Of a stretch of DNA of 64,000 nucleotides, positions 39,464 to 49,928 are shown one piece after another. The stretch's first letter is position 1; every line of letters starts with the position of its first letter. The notes below the pieces were generated by a model, which saw only the letters and a program-made list of their open reading frames with translations, did not search any database and had not been told where the DNA came from. The position numbers and the translations under genes are program-made. Source of the DNA: Chlamydiota bacterium (GTDB taxonomy: Bacteria > Chlamydiota > Chlamydiia > Chlamydiales > RGXB01); assembly GCA_947494155.1 (NCBI GenBank), contig CANLTW010000001.1, forward strand, positions 1 through 64,000, written 5' to 3'.

Positions 39464-40194
39464 ATCTTCTGACCCTATTACCCTACTTACCTATGCTAGC
39501 GACCGACGCGGCTACAGAGCCTATGACAAGCGCTACCGTTGTCACAAGAATGGTCATCATCGCAGGGCTGGCCCTTTTGCCATTCGCGGTGATGCTTCTC
39601 ACTTCCTTTACCAAAATGGTGGTTGTCCTATCGCTGCTTAGGCAAGCGATAGGAGTACAACAAGCTCCCCCAAACCAGGTGATCAATGGGATGGCTATTT
39701 TAATGTCTATTTATGTGATGTTTCCCACGGGTTTACAAATGTACCAGGAATCGAGTAGCTTTATCCAAAATCAACCTAGAACCGAGCTTTTCTCGTCCGA
39801 ATCGGCCCTGTTTATCGAGAAAGTCGCAAGTGTGGCTAAAGAACCCTTGCGAAAATTTTTGCAAAAAAACACGAATAAATCCCACATCACAACATTCTAT
39901 AAACTCGCCCTTTCCAAATTTCCCCAAGAGTATAAAAAATCACTTGCTAATTCCGATTTTATTGTTTTGATTCCCGCCTACATTACTTCACAGCTCAAGG
40001 GTGCTTTTGAAATTGGTGTGTTGATTTATCTCCCTTTTTTTGTGATCGATCTTGTCACCTCAAACATCCTTTTAGCGATGGGTATGATGATGCTTTCCCC
40101 ATTAACGATCGCTTTACCCCTAAAGCTCCTTTTATTAGTCATGGTGGATGGCTGGACGTTGATTATCCAAGGAATCGTTCAAACCTATAAGTAA
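39460..40194 (+). CDS. sctR: T3SS export apparatus SctR
   Basis: TSFTKMVVVLSLLRQAIGVQQAPPNQ, LPFFVIDL, PLKLLLLVMVDGW. Confidence 0.97.
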   Translation: MNLLTLLPYLPMLATDAATEPMTSATVVTRMVIIAGLALLPFAVMLLTSFTKMVVVLSLLRQAIGVQQAPPNQVINGMAILMSIYVMFPTGLQMYQESSSFIQNQPRTELFSSESALFIEKVASVAKEPLRKFLQKNTNKSHITTFYKLALSKFPQEYKKSLANSDFIVLIPAYITSQLKGAFEIGVLIYLPFFVIDLVTSNILLAMGMMMLSPLTIALPLKLLLLVMVDGWTLIIQGIVQTYK

Positions 40195-40209
40195 GAGATA
40201 AGAGGCTCA

Positions 40210-40479
40210 ATGTTTCAATCAGAGATCTACCAACTAAGCTATCAAGCCCTTCTATTAATCCTTATTCTCTCAGGACCCCCGATCTTTATAAGTATGATTT
40301 TAGGTCTTGTTGTTGCCATATTCCAAGCAGCCACACAAATCCAAGAACAAACCCTCTCTTTTACTGTAAAGCTTATTGCTGTGATGTTTACTCTGATGTT
40401 TATGGGGGGTATGCTTAGCTCGCAAATAACTCAGTTCACTTACACTATTTTACAAAACTTTCCCAAATGGAATGGATAG
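40210..40479 (+). CDS. sctS: T3SS export apparatus SctS
   Basis: FQAATQIQEQTLSF. Confidence 0.97.
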   Translation: MFQSEIYQLSYQALLLILILSGPPIFISMILGLVVAIFQAATQIQEQTLSFTVKLIAVMFTLMFMGGMLSSQITQFTYTILQNFPKWNG

Positions 40480-41270
40480 ACCCCTACTCATGGCTGCAAA
40501 TTCTGCAGATGTATCTGCTAGTTCTCTGCAGGCTTGCCCCAGTGATTGCGTTCACCCCTTTTTTAGGGGGAAAGATTGTTCCTGCGACAGCAAGGGCTGG
40601 CCTTTTAATTTTTTTAGGCATCCTTTTTTTACCCTACTCCGGATTGAATACGCCCCCTGATGAATCCGCTACATTCTTTACTGCCTTTTACGCTCTCAAA
40701 GAAATTTTCATAGGATTTGTGATCAGCTTTTTTGCCTCAATACCCTTTTTTGTAGCCCAATCTGCAGGGATCATTATCGATTTTGCCAGAGGATCTTCAC
40801 AGCTTATGGCTCAAGACCCCACCTTGCAAAACCAGGCCTCTCCCTTAGGGATCATGTTCAATTATGTACTGATTGCCCTTTTTTTCATGATCAAGGGGCC
40901 CGAACATTTTTTTGAAGCACTTGCACTCTCCTTTGAGAAATTTCCCCTTCTAGGGACCTTGGCACCAGAATTTACACAACTTAAATCTAGTCTTTGGGTA
41001 GCTATGTCCTCCATAATCCAGGTCGTATTTACCCTCTCTTTAAAACTTGCATCCCCTGCGATTATTGCTATTTTAATGGCAGAAATGTTTCTTGGAATTG
41101 CAAATAGGCTCGCCCCACAAGTACAAATCGCTTTTTTAGGGATGCCACTAAAATCTTTCTTAGGTCTTTTACTATTGTTTGTGGGTTGGTTTGCGATTTT
41201 AGGTGATATGAAGGAGCTTTCTGAACAAATGCTTCAACAAATAGAAGCTTTTTTTGCAAAATCCTCCTAA
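40467..41270 (+). CDS. sctT: T3SS export apparatus SctT
   Basis: PFLGG, QSAGIIIDFARG, LGIANRLAPQVQ, MPLK. Confidence 0.95.
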   Translation: MEWIDPYSWLQILQMYLLVLCRLAPVIAFTPFLGGKIVPATARAGLLIFLGILFLPYSGLNTPPDESATFFTAFYALKEIFIGFVISFFASIPFFVAQSAGIIIDFARGSSQLMAQDPTLQNQASPLGIMFNYVLIALFFMIKGPEHFFEALALSFEKFPLLGTLAPEFTQLKSSLWVAMSSIIQVVFTLSLKLASPAIIAILMAEMFLGIANRLAPQVQIAFLGMPLKSFLGLLLLFVGWFAILGDMKELSEQMLQQIEAFFAKSS

Positions 41271-41514
41271 AAGAAAATCGATAAAACAATTTTTCTTTCA
41301 TTGTTTCAAAAACCGTTTAAATACTCTTAGAGGGCGAATATTTAATAAAATAACAATATTAAAAATCAACGAAAAAAATCAAAACCATTCTCTAAGTATA
41401 GTTACAAACCATTTTTTTTTGGTTATCCTGTTGACAGTATTTTAACAACCGTACTAAGCTACACTTACGCATTAATATTTAAGGCTTCAAACATATTTAA
41501 AGGGAGAACTTATA

Positions 41515-42651
41515 ATGGAACTCAACTTTCGCAAGTTGTGGACTGTTCTAGGGGTTGCATGTTTAAGTGCTAACCTCGCAGCAGCGCCCGCTTCAAGCAG
41601 CGGCTCATCCTCTTCATCCACTCAGATGAGTAACACCGACCAATCAATGATGGCTTCTGGGCTAATGTACGCCGGACCTCAACTCGGTGAAGACGCAACA
41701 GGTATTTCACTTGGTGCAGATTACATTCTTTGGCAAGTAGTCCAAGAGGGTCTAGAATTCACAGCCGGAAATGTTTACCCTACAGGAACCAATGCAGCTT
41801 TGCAAGGGGGGACTAACTTTCCTAAATTCAGACTCTTGAACGGCTTCAAAGTACACGGTCAAGTAACAATCGCAGAGTGTGATGATGTAGATCTTTTCCT
41901 CCAGTACATCTGGTTGCAAAGATCTTCTGGAACGAACTCAGGTACAGGTGCTACAACTGTCTATCCTCTAATGATTATAGATTTTGATGATTCCATTTCA
42001 TCCTCAGATAGCGTCTCCTCCTGGGCAAGCTCCTTTAAAACCTCTTACAACGTTATCGACCTAGAAATGGGCCGTCTTACTTCGATTGCTAAAGATTCAT
42101 TTAGTCTTAGACCTTTCTGGGGTATTAGAGGTGTTTGGAACAACCATACATGGGTAGCTTCTTGGGTTGGGACAGTTTCTGGAACACAAAGCATCACCTA
42201 TTCACTCAACTCTTACCAAAACACAAGTGGTGCAGGTGTAAGAGGTGGATTTGATCTTGCATGGCAATTCTTTGCTAACAGCGAATATTTCGGTGGTCTA
42301 AAAATCATCGGGATGACAGCTCTTTCAGGTGTTTATGGACGCACTTATGTGAATACATTAACAGGACAAGCTCCAACTGCTTCACAAACAAACACAGGTG
42401 GTCAAGTTTTCTACAGCAACCGCACATCTTTAAATAGAATGGTTCCTGTTGTTGATCTATCTATCGGTCTAAGCTGGAACATGAGTTTTGGCGGTGAAAG
42501 AGATAACGACTACAATGTTGAAATCCACGCTCTTTGGGATACACAATCCTGGATTGGGTATGGAAGACACTTTACAGCGTTTTGGGCACCACGTGGTCCA
42601 CAAAACCTCACTGTACAAGGTTTCACAATTGGTGCAGAACTCGCATTCTAA
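41515..42651 (+). CDS. MOMP-like beta-barrel porin (Lpg1974-family-like), copy 1
   Basis: Signal peptide, GADYILW, IDLEMGR, LRPFWGIR, GAGVRGG, LTVQGFTIGAELAF with terminal Phe; own promoter TTGACA-18-TAAGCT (41431-41460). Confidence 0.8.
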   Translation: MELNFRKLWTVLGVACLSANLAAAPASSSGSSSSSTQMSNTDQSMMASGLMYAGPQLGEDATGISLGADYILWQVVQEGLEFTAGNVYPTGTNAALQGGTNFPKFRLLNGFKVHGQVTIAECDDVDLFLQYIWLQRSSGTNSGTGATTVYPLMIIDFDDSISSSDSVSSWASSFKTSYNVIDLEMGRLTSIAKDSFSLRPFWGIRGVWNNHTWVASWVGTVSGTQSITYSLNSYQNTSGAGVRGGFDLAWQFFANSEYFGGLKIIGMTALSGVYGRTYVNTLTGQAPTASQTNTGGQVFYSNRTSLNRMVPVVDLSIGLSWNMSFGGERDNDYNVEIHALWDTQSWIGYGRHFTAFWAPRGPQNLTVQGFTIGAELAF

Positions 42652-42669
42652 TTGTTGGATTGCTTCCAG

Positions 42670-42705
42670 AAAAAAAAACCGAGTCAGAAATGGCTCGGTT
42701 TTTTT
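42670..42705 (+). terminator. Rho-independent terminator after porin 1
   Basis: AAAAAAACCGAGTCA-GAAA-TGGCTCGGTTTTTTT. Confidence 0.85.
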
Positions 42706-42783
42706 CTTTTCTAGAGTAAAAAAAATCGTTTGCATTTCTCCTCCTCTTTTTTTATACTTGTAGTCAAAATTTACATAATCTTG

Positions 42784-43845
42784 ATGCAAAACTCTTATCT
42801 TTCGATCCGGTTTTTAGCCGTCTTTCTTTTGGTGCAAATGTTCTGCTGGACAGACAGCTTTTCTCAAATCGCTTCTTTGCAAACGGGTATACATAATAAA
42901 GAATTGGAGTGGAAGCTTTCGGGAGAATATCTACTATGGCAAATATCGATGGAAGGTCTCGATATAGCCGCCGATAATGCCTATATCGACTATTTCCCCC
43001 CCGCGCATAGAGGGCGGAGTTATGGAGTGAGCTTTCCATGGAAAAGCGGAGTTCAGATAGGAGTAGGCGCCATTTTTCCAGAGAGCCAAGGCACTGAATT
43101 AGAACTTGTCTATTCGTGGCTTTATCCTGTTGTAAAAGAGAATATCTCAACCGACCCAGTTGTCCAAACTTTTCCCTTTTACTCTGTAAAACCAACTGAA
43201 AGACTCCCAAATTCACAAGTGTTTGTTGTGGATCACCTTGCTACATTTCAGTCCTATTATAATCTGCTTGATTTTCGTATGGGACGTGAAAATCAGATTG
43301 TACCTGCATTTAGAGTCACCCCGTATTTAGGTTTGAGAAGTACCTGGCAAAAACAGCTATGGGATACAAACCTGCAGATGTTTACCCAAAATCCGGTTAT
43401 TTCCAATTACATCTACAACTACATTCAAAATTTTCAAGGAGCAGGCCCCCTTTTTGGAGGTCGCTTTAAGTTTTTTTTCCTAAAAAAATACCCAATTTTT
43501 GAAAATTTTGCCCTTATCGGAAACATTGCTCTAGCTGGGATTTTAGGAAACATTCAAGTAGATTCTCTGTTCAGTGCAGTATCACCCTTCTCCAACCTCA
43601 TCTACTCCTCTAACCAAAAAACCATCTTTACCATTGTACCTGTATGGGATTTGAGTGTTGGGCTCCTTTTTGAGAAGATTTTCTCTAAAGGGACAAAGGT
43701 TTTTTCCGCTATCCGTTTTAATATTCTGTGGGAAACCCAATCCTGGATCGGTTTCAATAAAATGCAATCGAGTGTTGTCTACTTTTCCACCCCCTCGTCG
43801 ATGACTGTTCAAGGTCTGACAGCTGGATTGGGGTTAGTCTTTTAA
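42784..43845 (+). CDS. MOMP-like beta-barrel porin, copy 2
   Basis: GEYLLW, LDFRMGR, TPYLGLR, GAGPLFG, MTVQGLTAGLGLVF; likely start ATG 42784. Confidence 0.78.
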   Translation: MQNSYLSIRFLAVFLLVQMFCWTDSFSQIASLQTGIHNKELEWKLSGEYLLWQISMEGLDIAADNAYIDYFPPAHRGRSYGVSFPWKSGVQIGVGAIFPESQGTELELVYSWLYPVVKENISTDPVVQTFPFYSVKPTERLPNSQVFVVDHLATFQSYYNLLDFRMGRENQIVPAFRVTPYLGLRSTWQKQLWDTNLQMFTQNPVISNYIYNYIQNFQGAGPLFGGRFKFFFLKKYPIFENFALIGNIALAGILGNIQVDSLFSAVSPFSNLIYSSNQKTIFTIVPVWDLSVGLLFEKIFSKGTKVFSAIRFNILWETQSWIGFNKMQSSVVYFSTPSSMTVQGLTAGLGLVF

Positions 43846-43846
43846 A

Positions 43847-44842
43847 ATGAGAAGTTTTCTACTACCCCTTTTTCCCCTTTTTTTCCTATTTGGAAATCCC
43901 CTGCCACCAATTGAACAAGAGAACCCATTAGAGATCAAAGTCGATCTTTTTAGATTTGCCCCCTCCTGCTCTTCACTTTCGACTCACTATGAAAAAAAGA
44001 CGTTTTTTGATACGACACTTTTCAAAAATTTTGAACCGGAAAAAAGGGCGTTTTGGGGAGCAGATATAAAAATTCAAATCCCTTTAGACAGTAAAAAAAC
44101 GTTTTCCAAAACAAGATTTTTTTCCTCTAAAAGACGGTTCCAACTTATAGACTACTCTGGATACTTGGATCCTGATGCGATAGCATTACACTACGACGTG
44201 CACCGATCCTATTGCGAAAAAAACATCCTTTTGACGACAGCACAAAATGGGTACCTTTTTAATGAAGAGCTTATTGAAAGCTATCTGGGAGCTAAGTTTT
44301 TTGTATCGAAATATCTCCTGTTCTCCCTTTCCCAGGGGCTTCAGTTTTCCCGCTTCCTCCATTCTCTCACTAAAAAAATCGGTTTCTTGTATCTAGAAAA
44401 CGCACCTGTTGAGGAGCTGAGGAATTTCAATTCCTCTACCTCTTTTCATGGAGCTGGCCCCCTCTTTTGTGCTCACCTAGACTTCATCCCTTTTCCCACC
44501 CATGTTGTTTCAAAGACACTCCACCTCTTTTCCCAAATAGACACTTGTATGAGCTACGGAAAATACACCGTGCGGAATCTATTTCATATCGATAATGGGG
44601 CAAAAAAAATCACTCTTCTTGACCAGTTAAATACCACCTTTACACTTACTCCTGTTTTCACTTTTCTTGCGGGAATAGAGTTTCGTCCAAATCTTATTTT
44701 TTTTGAGGGTTCTTTTGAATTGATGATTTACAACCAAACATGGTGGAATGCCGATCGGAGCTACCAAGGGACATTGGATTTCAACGGACCTGGGAACATC
44801 TCATTGACAGGTTATGCAGTAGGTATAGGTGTAGATTTTTAA
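43847..44842 (+). CDS. Divergent MOMP-like beta-barrel protein, copy 3
   Basis: Signal peptide, FHGAGPLF, NQTWWN, ISLTGYAVGIGVDF with terminal Phe. Confidence 0.65.
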   Translation: MRSFLLPLFPLFFLFGNPLPPIEQENPLEIKVDLFRFAPSCSSLSTHYEKKTFFDTTLFKNFEPEKRAFWGADIKIQIPLDSKKTFSKTRFFSSKRRFQLIDYSGYLDPDAIALHYDVHRSYCEKNILLTTAQNGYLFNEELIESYLGAKFFVSKYLLFSLSQGLQFSRFLHSLTKKIGFLYLENAPVEELRNFNSSTSFHGAGPLFCAHLDFIPFPTHVVSKTLHLFSQIDTCMSYGKYTVRNLFHIDNGAKKITLLDQLNTTFTLTPVFTFLAGIEFRPNLIFFEGSFELMIYNQTWWNADRSYQGTLDFNGPGNISLTGYAVGIGVDF

Positions 44843-44856
44843 AATTTAGAAAAGTC

Positions 44857-46065
44857 TTAAAAAAATTGGAGAACTTTTTTCAATTCTTTTTCAAAACGAT
44901 CGACCTCGTCAAGGGTATTATACACACCTAAAGAGATGCGTAAAAACCCATTCACTCCAAAATACTTCAACGCTTTCAACGCACACAAAGAGCCGCTTCT
45001 GAGTTCGATCCCCTTTTCCCCTAATAAAAGGGCAATGTCCATCGAGTGGGCGTTTTGGATCACAAATGTAACTATCGTATCGCTATCTTTAGCGCTTAAG
45101 AGTTTACAACCGGGAATTTTCTCCAAACACTCTCTATAAGCTGATGCTATCTCACCGAAAGTTTCTATCTTTTCTTGAAAATAAGGGGTATTTTGAAAAA
45201 GTAAGGCCTCTTTCCAGGCAGCAATCTGCGCTAAAGCGGGCGTACCCGTCTCAAATTTCAATGGAGGTTCTTGAAACTGCATCTTTTCATCAAGCTCAAG
45301 AATCATATCCCCTCCGAAAAAAAGGGGGTCTAATCGCTCTAAAAAACGTTCGGCTATAACAAGTGCACCTAATCCTGTTGGCCCATACATTTTGTGCGCA
45401 GAAAAAGCGAGAAAATCTATATAACATTCTTCAACGTCCACTTTTTTATGAGCAAGACTTTGAGCTGCATCCACAATAAAGACCCAATCTTTTTGTTTAC
45501 AAAGAGATCCCAACTTTTTAAGGTCTTGGGTACATCCCGTTACATTCGATACGTGGGCTATTGTGATCGCTTGCACCTTAGACAAATCCATCTTGAGCAG
45601 AGAGGCAAAATCCACAGCACCACTCTCCTCTACAGGGAGATCTCTAATCTTTAAAAGACCTTTTTCTTCCAGAGCTTTAAAGGGGAGCAGGTTTGCATGG
45701 TGCTCAAGTGGAGAAATAAGAATCTCTCCCCCTTTTTCAAGAATCTGCAAAAGAAATTGGGCTGCTTGGTTGAGACTATCGGTTGCCCCGCGCGTGTAAA
45801 CAATTCCTTGAGTGTTAGTCGCCCCGATCCGCTTTCGGATCAACTCCTTAGTAATACTAAGCTCTTTTGTCGCCTCCTGGGCCCTCGGGTATAAAGAGCG
45901 ATGAACCGTTGCATAACGGTTCCGATAGAAATCAGACTCCGCCTCGATCACAATTTCAGGCTTTAAAGAGGTTGCTGCCGAGTCCAAATAGACCCTTTCC
46001 CCCCCTTTAAGAAGGGTAAATTGCTCCCTTATTGCTAATTCGTGATCCATGAGCGCTTGCATCAA
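44857..46065 (-). CDS. sufS: Cysteine desulfurase SufS
   Basis: YLDSAATS, EHHANL, FSAHKMYGPTG, RSGSLCA. Confidence 0.92.
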   Translation of the reverse strand: MMQALMDHELAIREQFTLLKGGERVYLDSAATSLKPEIVIEAESDFYRNRYATVHRSLYPRAQEATKELSITKELIRKRIGATNTQGIVYTRGATDSLNQAAQFLLQILEKGGEILISPLEHHANLLPFKALEEKGLLKIRDLPVEESGAVDFASLLKMDLSKVQAITIAHVSNVTGCTQDLKKLGSLCKQKDWVFIVDAAQSLAHKKVDVEECYIDFLAFSAHKMYGPTGLGALVIAERFLERLDPLFFGGDMILELDEKMQFQEPPLKFETGTPALAQIAAWKEALLFQNTPYFQEKIETFGEIASAYRECLEKIPGCKLLSAKDSDTIVTFVIQNAHSMDIALLLGEKGIELRSGSLCALKALKYFGVNGFLRISLGVYNTLDEVDRFEKELKKVLQFF

Positions 46066-46928
46066 ACCGAGCCTTCTAAAATCTTCGACAGTGCCCCTTT
46101 AATCTCCCCAAGGAATGAGTCGATAAGGATCTCTTTTGCCCTTTCTTCGCTAAACCCTCTGGAAAGGAGATAGAACTGATCCTCTTTTGAAGGCTTGGCA
46201 ACGGTCGCACCATGCGAGGCTTTCACATCATCATGGAATACCTGGATTCCAGGTGAGGTTTTTGCTTGGGCATGATCAAAAACTACGTTGCTATTTTTTT
46301 GGAAGCTCTCGGTTTTATCCGCCCCTTTTGCGACATAAATAGACCCCTCAAAACTGGAGCGGGCAGACTCCCTCACCACACCCTTAAATAACTGATTCGA
46401 GCGGGCAAGGGGAGCTTTATGCTCCACTAAAACACTCACACCAATCGTCTCTCGCTCACAAAGGTGCCATCCCCCCCTTAAGTCCACTTCAGCCCGTTCT
46501 CCTTCAATGGAGGCGGTCACCGTCTCAAGAAGTTTACCGACAGCCTCTACCCAACCCACATGAAGAACTCGAGCCCCTTTTTTTACTGTGTAGTGGGTCT
46601 TCAAGTCTACGACCCCTTTTTTTTCTACAATCGTAGCCCGCTGCAAAAAGGCCTGATCTTCTAAATAGGCTTTCAACTCAAACGATCCCTCTCTGCTGGG
46701 ATGGAATACCCAGTTAAGTTGGGCCCCTTTTGAAAGATACACCTCATACTTTCCAGGCTCAGTAATTCTGACACTTTCACGAGAGGAAAAATTTTTAGGA
46801 ACAAACAGAAAACCATCAATCTCTCTAGGCTCCCCTTCAAAAAAGAGGGGAAAAAGCTCTTTTGCCTCTTCAAGTGAGAAAATTTCTAGACCTTTAGGGA
46901 GATGCGAATGATTAACAAAAGCTTTCAT
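46062..46928 (-). CDS. sufD: Fe-S assembly protein SufD (short)
   Basis: SNQLFKGV, DDVKASHGATV, FYLLSRG; likely start 46928. Confidence 0.9.
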   Translation of the reverse strand: MKAFVNHSHLPKGLEIFSLEEAKELFPLFFEGEPREIDGFLFVPKNFSSRESVRITEPGKYEVYLSKGAQLNWVFHPSREGSFELKAYLEDQAFLQRATIVEKKGVVDLKTHYTVKKGARVLHVGWVEAVGKLLETVTASIEGERAEVDLRGGWHLCERETIGVSVLVEHKAPLARSNQLFKGVVRESARSSFEGSIYVAKGADKTESFQKNSNVVFDHAQAKTSPGIQVFHDDVKASHGATVAKPSKEDQFYLLSRGFSEERAKEILIDSFLGEIKGALSKILEGSV

Positions 46929-47649
46929 AGCCCTCTGCCTCAAGAATTTTAGCCAAATCCTTATTTCCCGAACGGACGATTTTTCCATTCTGCATCACAT
47001 GCACAACGTCGGGTTGAATAAAATCTAAAAGCCTCTGGTAATGGGTAATCAAAATGATACTGCGGTCTTTAGATCGTAACCTTTCGATCGCCTGTCCTAC
47101 AGCTTTCAAAGCATCGATATCCAGACCCGAGTCGGTTTCATCCAAGATAGCAAGACTAGGTTCAAAAAGTGCCATCTGCAAAATTTCACTTTTTTTCTTT
47201 TCTCCCCCTGAAAAATTAGCGTGTAGGTCTCGATCGATCAAGTGGGGTTGAAACTTTACCAGCTCCATTTTTTCCAGCAAAACGGCCTCAAAGTCTTGCA
47301 AAGAGAGCGGATCCAACCCTTTTTGTTTCCGATGGAGATTGTAGGATTCTTTTAAAAACTCTTTGGTGTTTAAGCCTGCTATTTCTAAAGGATATTGAAA
47401 ACTTTTGAAGATCCCCTTCAGAGCCCTTTGATCCGGCTCCATATCGAGAAGATTTTCCTCTTTAAAAGAGACCGATCCACCCAAAATCTGATACGAGGGG
47501 TGACCGGCAAGCACGTTAGATAGACTGGATTTTCCGGCACCGTTAGGCCCCATGATCGCATGCACCTCATTTGCCCCTACCCTTAAAGAAAGGCCGTTAA
47601 GGACTTTTTTGTCGTCTACAGAAACCTCTAAATTGTCGATGATTAACAT
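46912..47649 (-). CDS. sufC: Fe-S assembly ATPase SufC
   Basis: MGPNGAGKS, FSGGEKKKSE, LDETDSGLDIDAL. Confidence 0.97.
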   Translation of the reverse strand: MLIIDNLEVSVDDKKVLNGLSLRVGANEVHAIMGPNGAGKSSLSNVLAGHPSYQILGGSVSFKEENLLDMEPDQRALKGIFKSFQYPLEIAGLNTKEFLKESYNLHRKQKGLDPLSLQDFEAVLLEKMELVKFQPHLIDRDLHANFSGGEKKKSEILQMALFEPSLAILDETDSGLDIDALKAVGQAIERLRSKDRSIILITHYQRLLDFIQPDVVHVMQNGKIVRSGNKDLAKILEAEGYESFC

Positions 47650-49058
47650 TATCCTACGGATCCTTCTAACTTGATCATTAATAATTTTTTCGCTTCTTGT
47701 GCAAATTCCAGAGGCAACTCTTGCATCACCTCTTTACAAAATCCATTCACAACAAGACTTATAGCCTCTTCTTTGTTAAAACCACGCGACTGCAGATAAA
47801 AAAGGACCTCTTCGTTCATCCGGGACGTGCTAGCTTCGTGCTCTATTTCTGCTGTTGCATTCGTAGATTCGATCACAGGAAAGGTGTGGGCCGAACAGTT
47901 TGTATCAACAAGCATAGAATCGCACTGGGTGTAATTTCTTGCGTTGCTTGCCTTCGGTCCCACCATCACCAGACCACGATAGGTATTGGAGGAACTGTCC
48001 GCAGAAATCCCCTTAGAAATGATGGTAGATTTGGTGTTTTTTCCGACATGGATCATTTTTGTCCCCGTATCGGCCTGCATCTTTTTATTTGTGAGTGCTA
48101 CAGAGTAGAATTCCCCTACCGAATAGTCTCCCAACAAAACGCAACTGGGATACTTCCAGGTGATGCTTGACCCCACTTCCACTTGTGTCCAGGAAATTTT
48201 CGCGTGGTCACCTAGGCATTTCCCCCTTTTTGTGACAAAATTGTACACCCCCCCTTTCCCCTCTTCATCCCCCGGGTACCAGTTCTGGACTGTAGAGTAT
48301 TTAATCTCGGCATTTCTCATAGCGACAAGCTCGACGACAGCCGCGTGCAACTGCTTGGAGTCAAAAGAGGGTGCTGTGCAACCCTCAAGGTAACTCACAT
48401 AAGAATCGTCTTCAGCTATGATTAAGGTGCGCTCGAATTGCCCTGTGTTCTCCTCGTTTATACGAAAATAGGTCGATAGCTCCATAGGAGATTTTACCCC
48501 TTTTGGGACGTAAACAAAGGAGCCGTCGCTAAAGACTGCCGAATTCAGGGCTGCAAAATAGTTATCCCCAATCGGAACCACAGTTCCCAGGTATTTTTCT
48601 ACAAGCTCAGGATACTTCTGCACCGCTTCAGAAATAGAGCATAAGACCACTCCAGCGTCTTCTAGTTTTTTTTTGAATGTCGTAGCAATCGAGACAGAAT
48701 CAAACACTAGATCTACGGCGACATTCGCCAGCCTGTGCTGCTCGTCTAAAGGGATCCCCAGCCGCTCATAAGTTTTACGAATTTCGGGATCAAGATCCTC
48801 AAGTGAAGAGAGGGAGGGCTTATTTTTAGGCTCTGCGTAGTAGCTAATTTTTTGCAAATCAATCGGCTCAAAAGAGAGATTCGCCCAATTAGGCGGGGTC
48901 ATTTCAAGAAATTTTTTATACGCTTTAAGGCGAAAAGCGAGCATAAACGGAGGTTCATTTTTCTTTAATGAGATGCGACGAATCACCTCTTCATTAAGAC
49001 CCGCCTCAAATACCTCGCTCTCAACAGCAGTTTTAAAACCAAATGGATAGTCGTTCAT
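47649..49058 (-). CDS. sufB: Fe-S assembly protein SufB
   Basis: [37 protein letters not shown]. Confidence 0.98.
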   Translation of the reverse strand: MNDYPFGFKTAVESEVFEAGLNEEVIRRISLKKNEPPFMLAFRLKAYKKFLEMTPPNWANLSFEPIDLQKISYYAEPKNKPSLSSLEDLDPEIRKTYERLGIPLDEQHRLANVAVDLVFDSVSIATTFKKKLEDAGVVLCSISEAVQKYPELVEKYLGTVVPIGDNYFAALNSAVFSDGSFVYVPKGVKSPMELSTYFRINEENTGQFERTLIIAEDDSYVSYLEGCTAPSFDSKQLHAAVVELVAMRNAEIKYSTVQNWYPGDEEGKGGVYNFVTKRGKCLGDHAKISWTQVEVGSSITWKYPSCVLLGDYSVGEFYSVALTNKKMQADTGTKMIHVGKNTKSTIISKGISADSSSNTYRGLVMVGPKASNARNYTQCDSMLVDTNCSAHTFPVIESTNATAEIEHEASTSRMNEEVLFYLQSRGFNKEEAISLVVNGFCKEVMQELPLEFAQEAKKLLMIKLEGSVG

Positions 49059-49169
49059 TAGTCAAATATTTTACCCAATAGAAACTATCCCTGTCAATGA
49101 AGCTCTTCAATGAAAATACTAAAAGGCTTGGGAATCCCACTCTAACGAAAGAGATGTCAACCTTTTAGT

Positions 49170-49910
49170 CTAAATTAAAGGAGCGGCATCAAATATTTTC
49201 TTTATTTTTTCCAAGTCTTCGGGAACGTCTACTCCGTACACTGTCTCGGCGGTTTCGAAAACCTCGATAGGAATCCCATGAAAAAGGGGGGTGAGCTGCT
49301 CCAGACTCTCAGCATGATCTAAATGGGAGCGTTCGAGGGAGGAAATCTTCATTAGGGCTTCAGGGGTGTATGCATAAAGCCCTACATGTTTAAAATAGGT
49401 GATCTCCCCTTTTTGATCCCGATCGAATGGGATCACAGAACGCGAGAAGTAGAGCGCGCGCCCGTTTATATCAGTAATAACCTTGACAATTTGAGGCGCT
49501 TTTAACTCCTCAAGCGTCTCAATTTTCTTTTTAAGTGTCCAAATTCGCGCACCGATAGTGTCTTGTCCGGATAGTAATCTGTTGAAAATTGTCCTTGTAA
49601 GGAGAGGCTCATCTGCCTGCACGTTTACAATCTTTTCCCCGATCGGAGCCCCATTTTTTAACGCCTCGATAATCCTTTCGGTTCCATTTTGCGGTCTATT
49701 AGAGGTCAAAAGAGCACGAGCTTTAAAACTCCTTGCCAATTCTAGAGTAATGGGGTCATCTGCCAAGATAATCACTTGATCAAAAACTTCTGCTTGAACG
49801 GCATTTTCATATGCCCATTGCAAAAGGGGTTTACCCAAAAATGGCTGGAGAATCTTCTCTTTGAATCGGGTAGATTTAAGTCTTGCGGGTATGTAAGCAA
49901 TGCTTTGCAA
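49170..49910 (-). CDS. kdsB: 3-deoxy-manno-octulosonate cytidylyltransferase
   Basis: IPARLKSTRF, GTERI, NVQADEP, ALYFSRS, ESLEQL. Confidence 0.95.
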   Translation of the reverse strand: MQSIAYIPARLKSTRFKEKILQPFLGKPLLQWAYENAVQAEVFDQVIILADDPITLELARSFKARALLTSNRPQNGTERIIEALKNGAPIGEKIVNVQADEPLLTRTIFNRLLSGQDTIGARIWTLKKKIETLEELKAPQIVKVITDINGRALYFSRSVIPFDRDQKGEITYFKHVGLYAYTPEALMKISSLERSHLDHAESLEQLTPLFHGIPIEVFETAETVYGVDVPEDLEKIKKIFDAAPLI

Positions 49911-49928
49911 TCGAAAAAACCTTAGGGT

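Noticed and set aside
37341..41270. Apparently incomplete T3SS (only sctJKLRST)
   Set aside because: Chlamydial T3SS genes are normally split over several loci; this block is the standard one.
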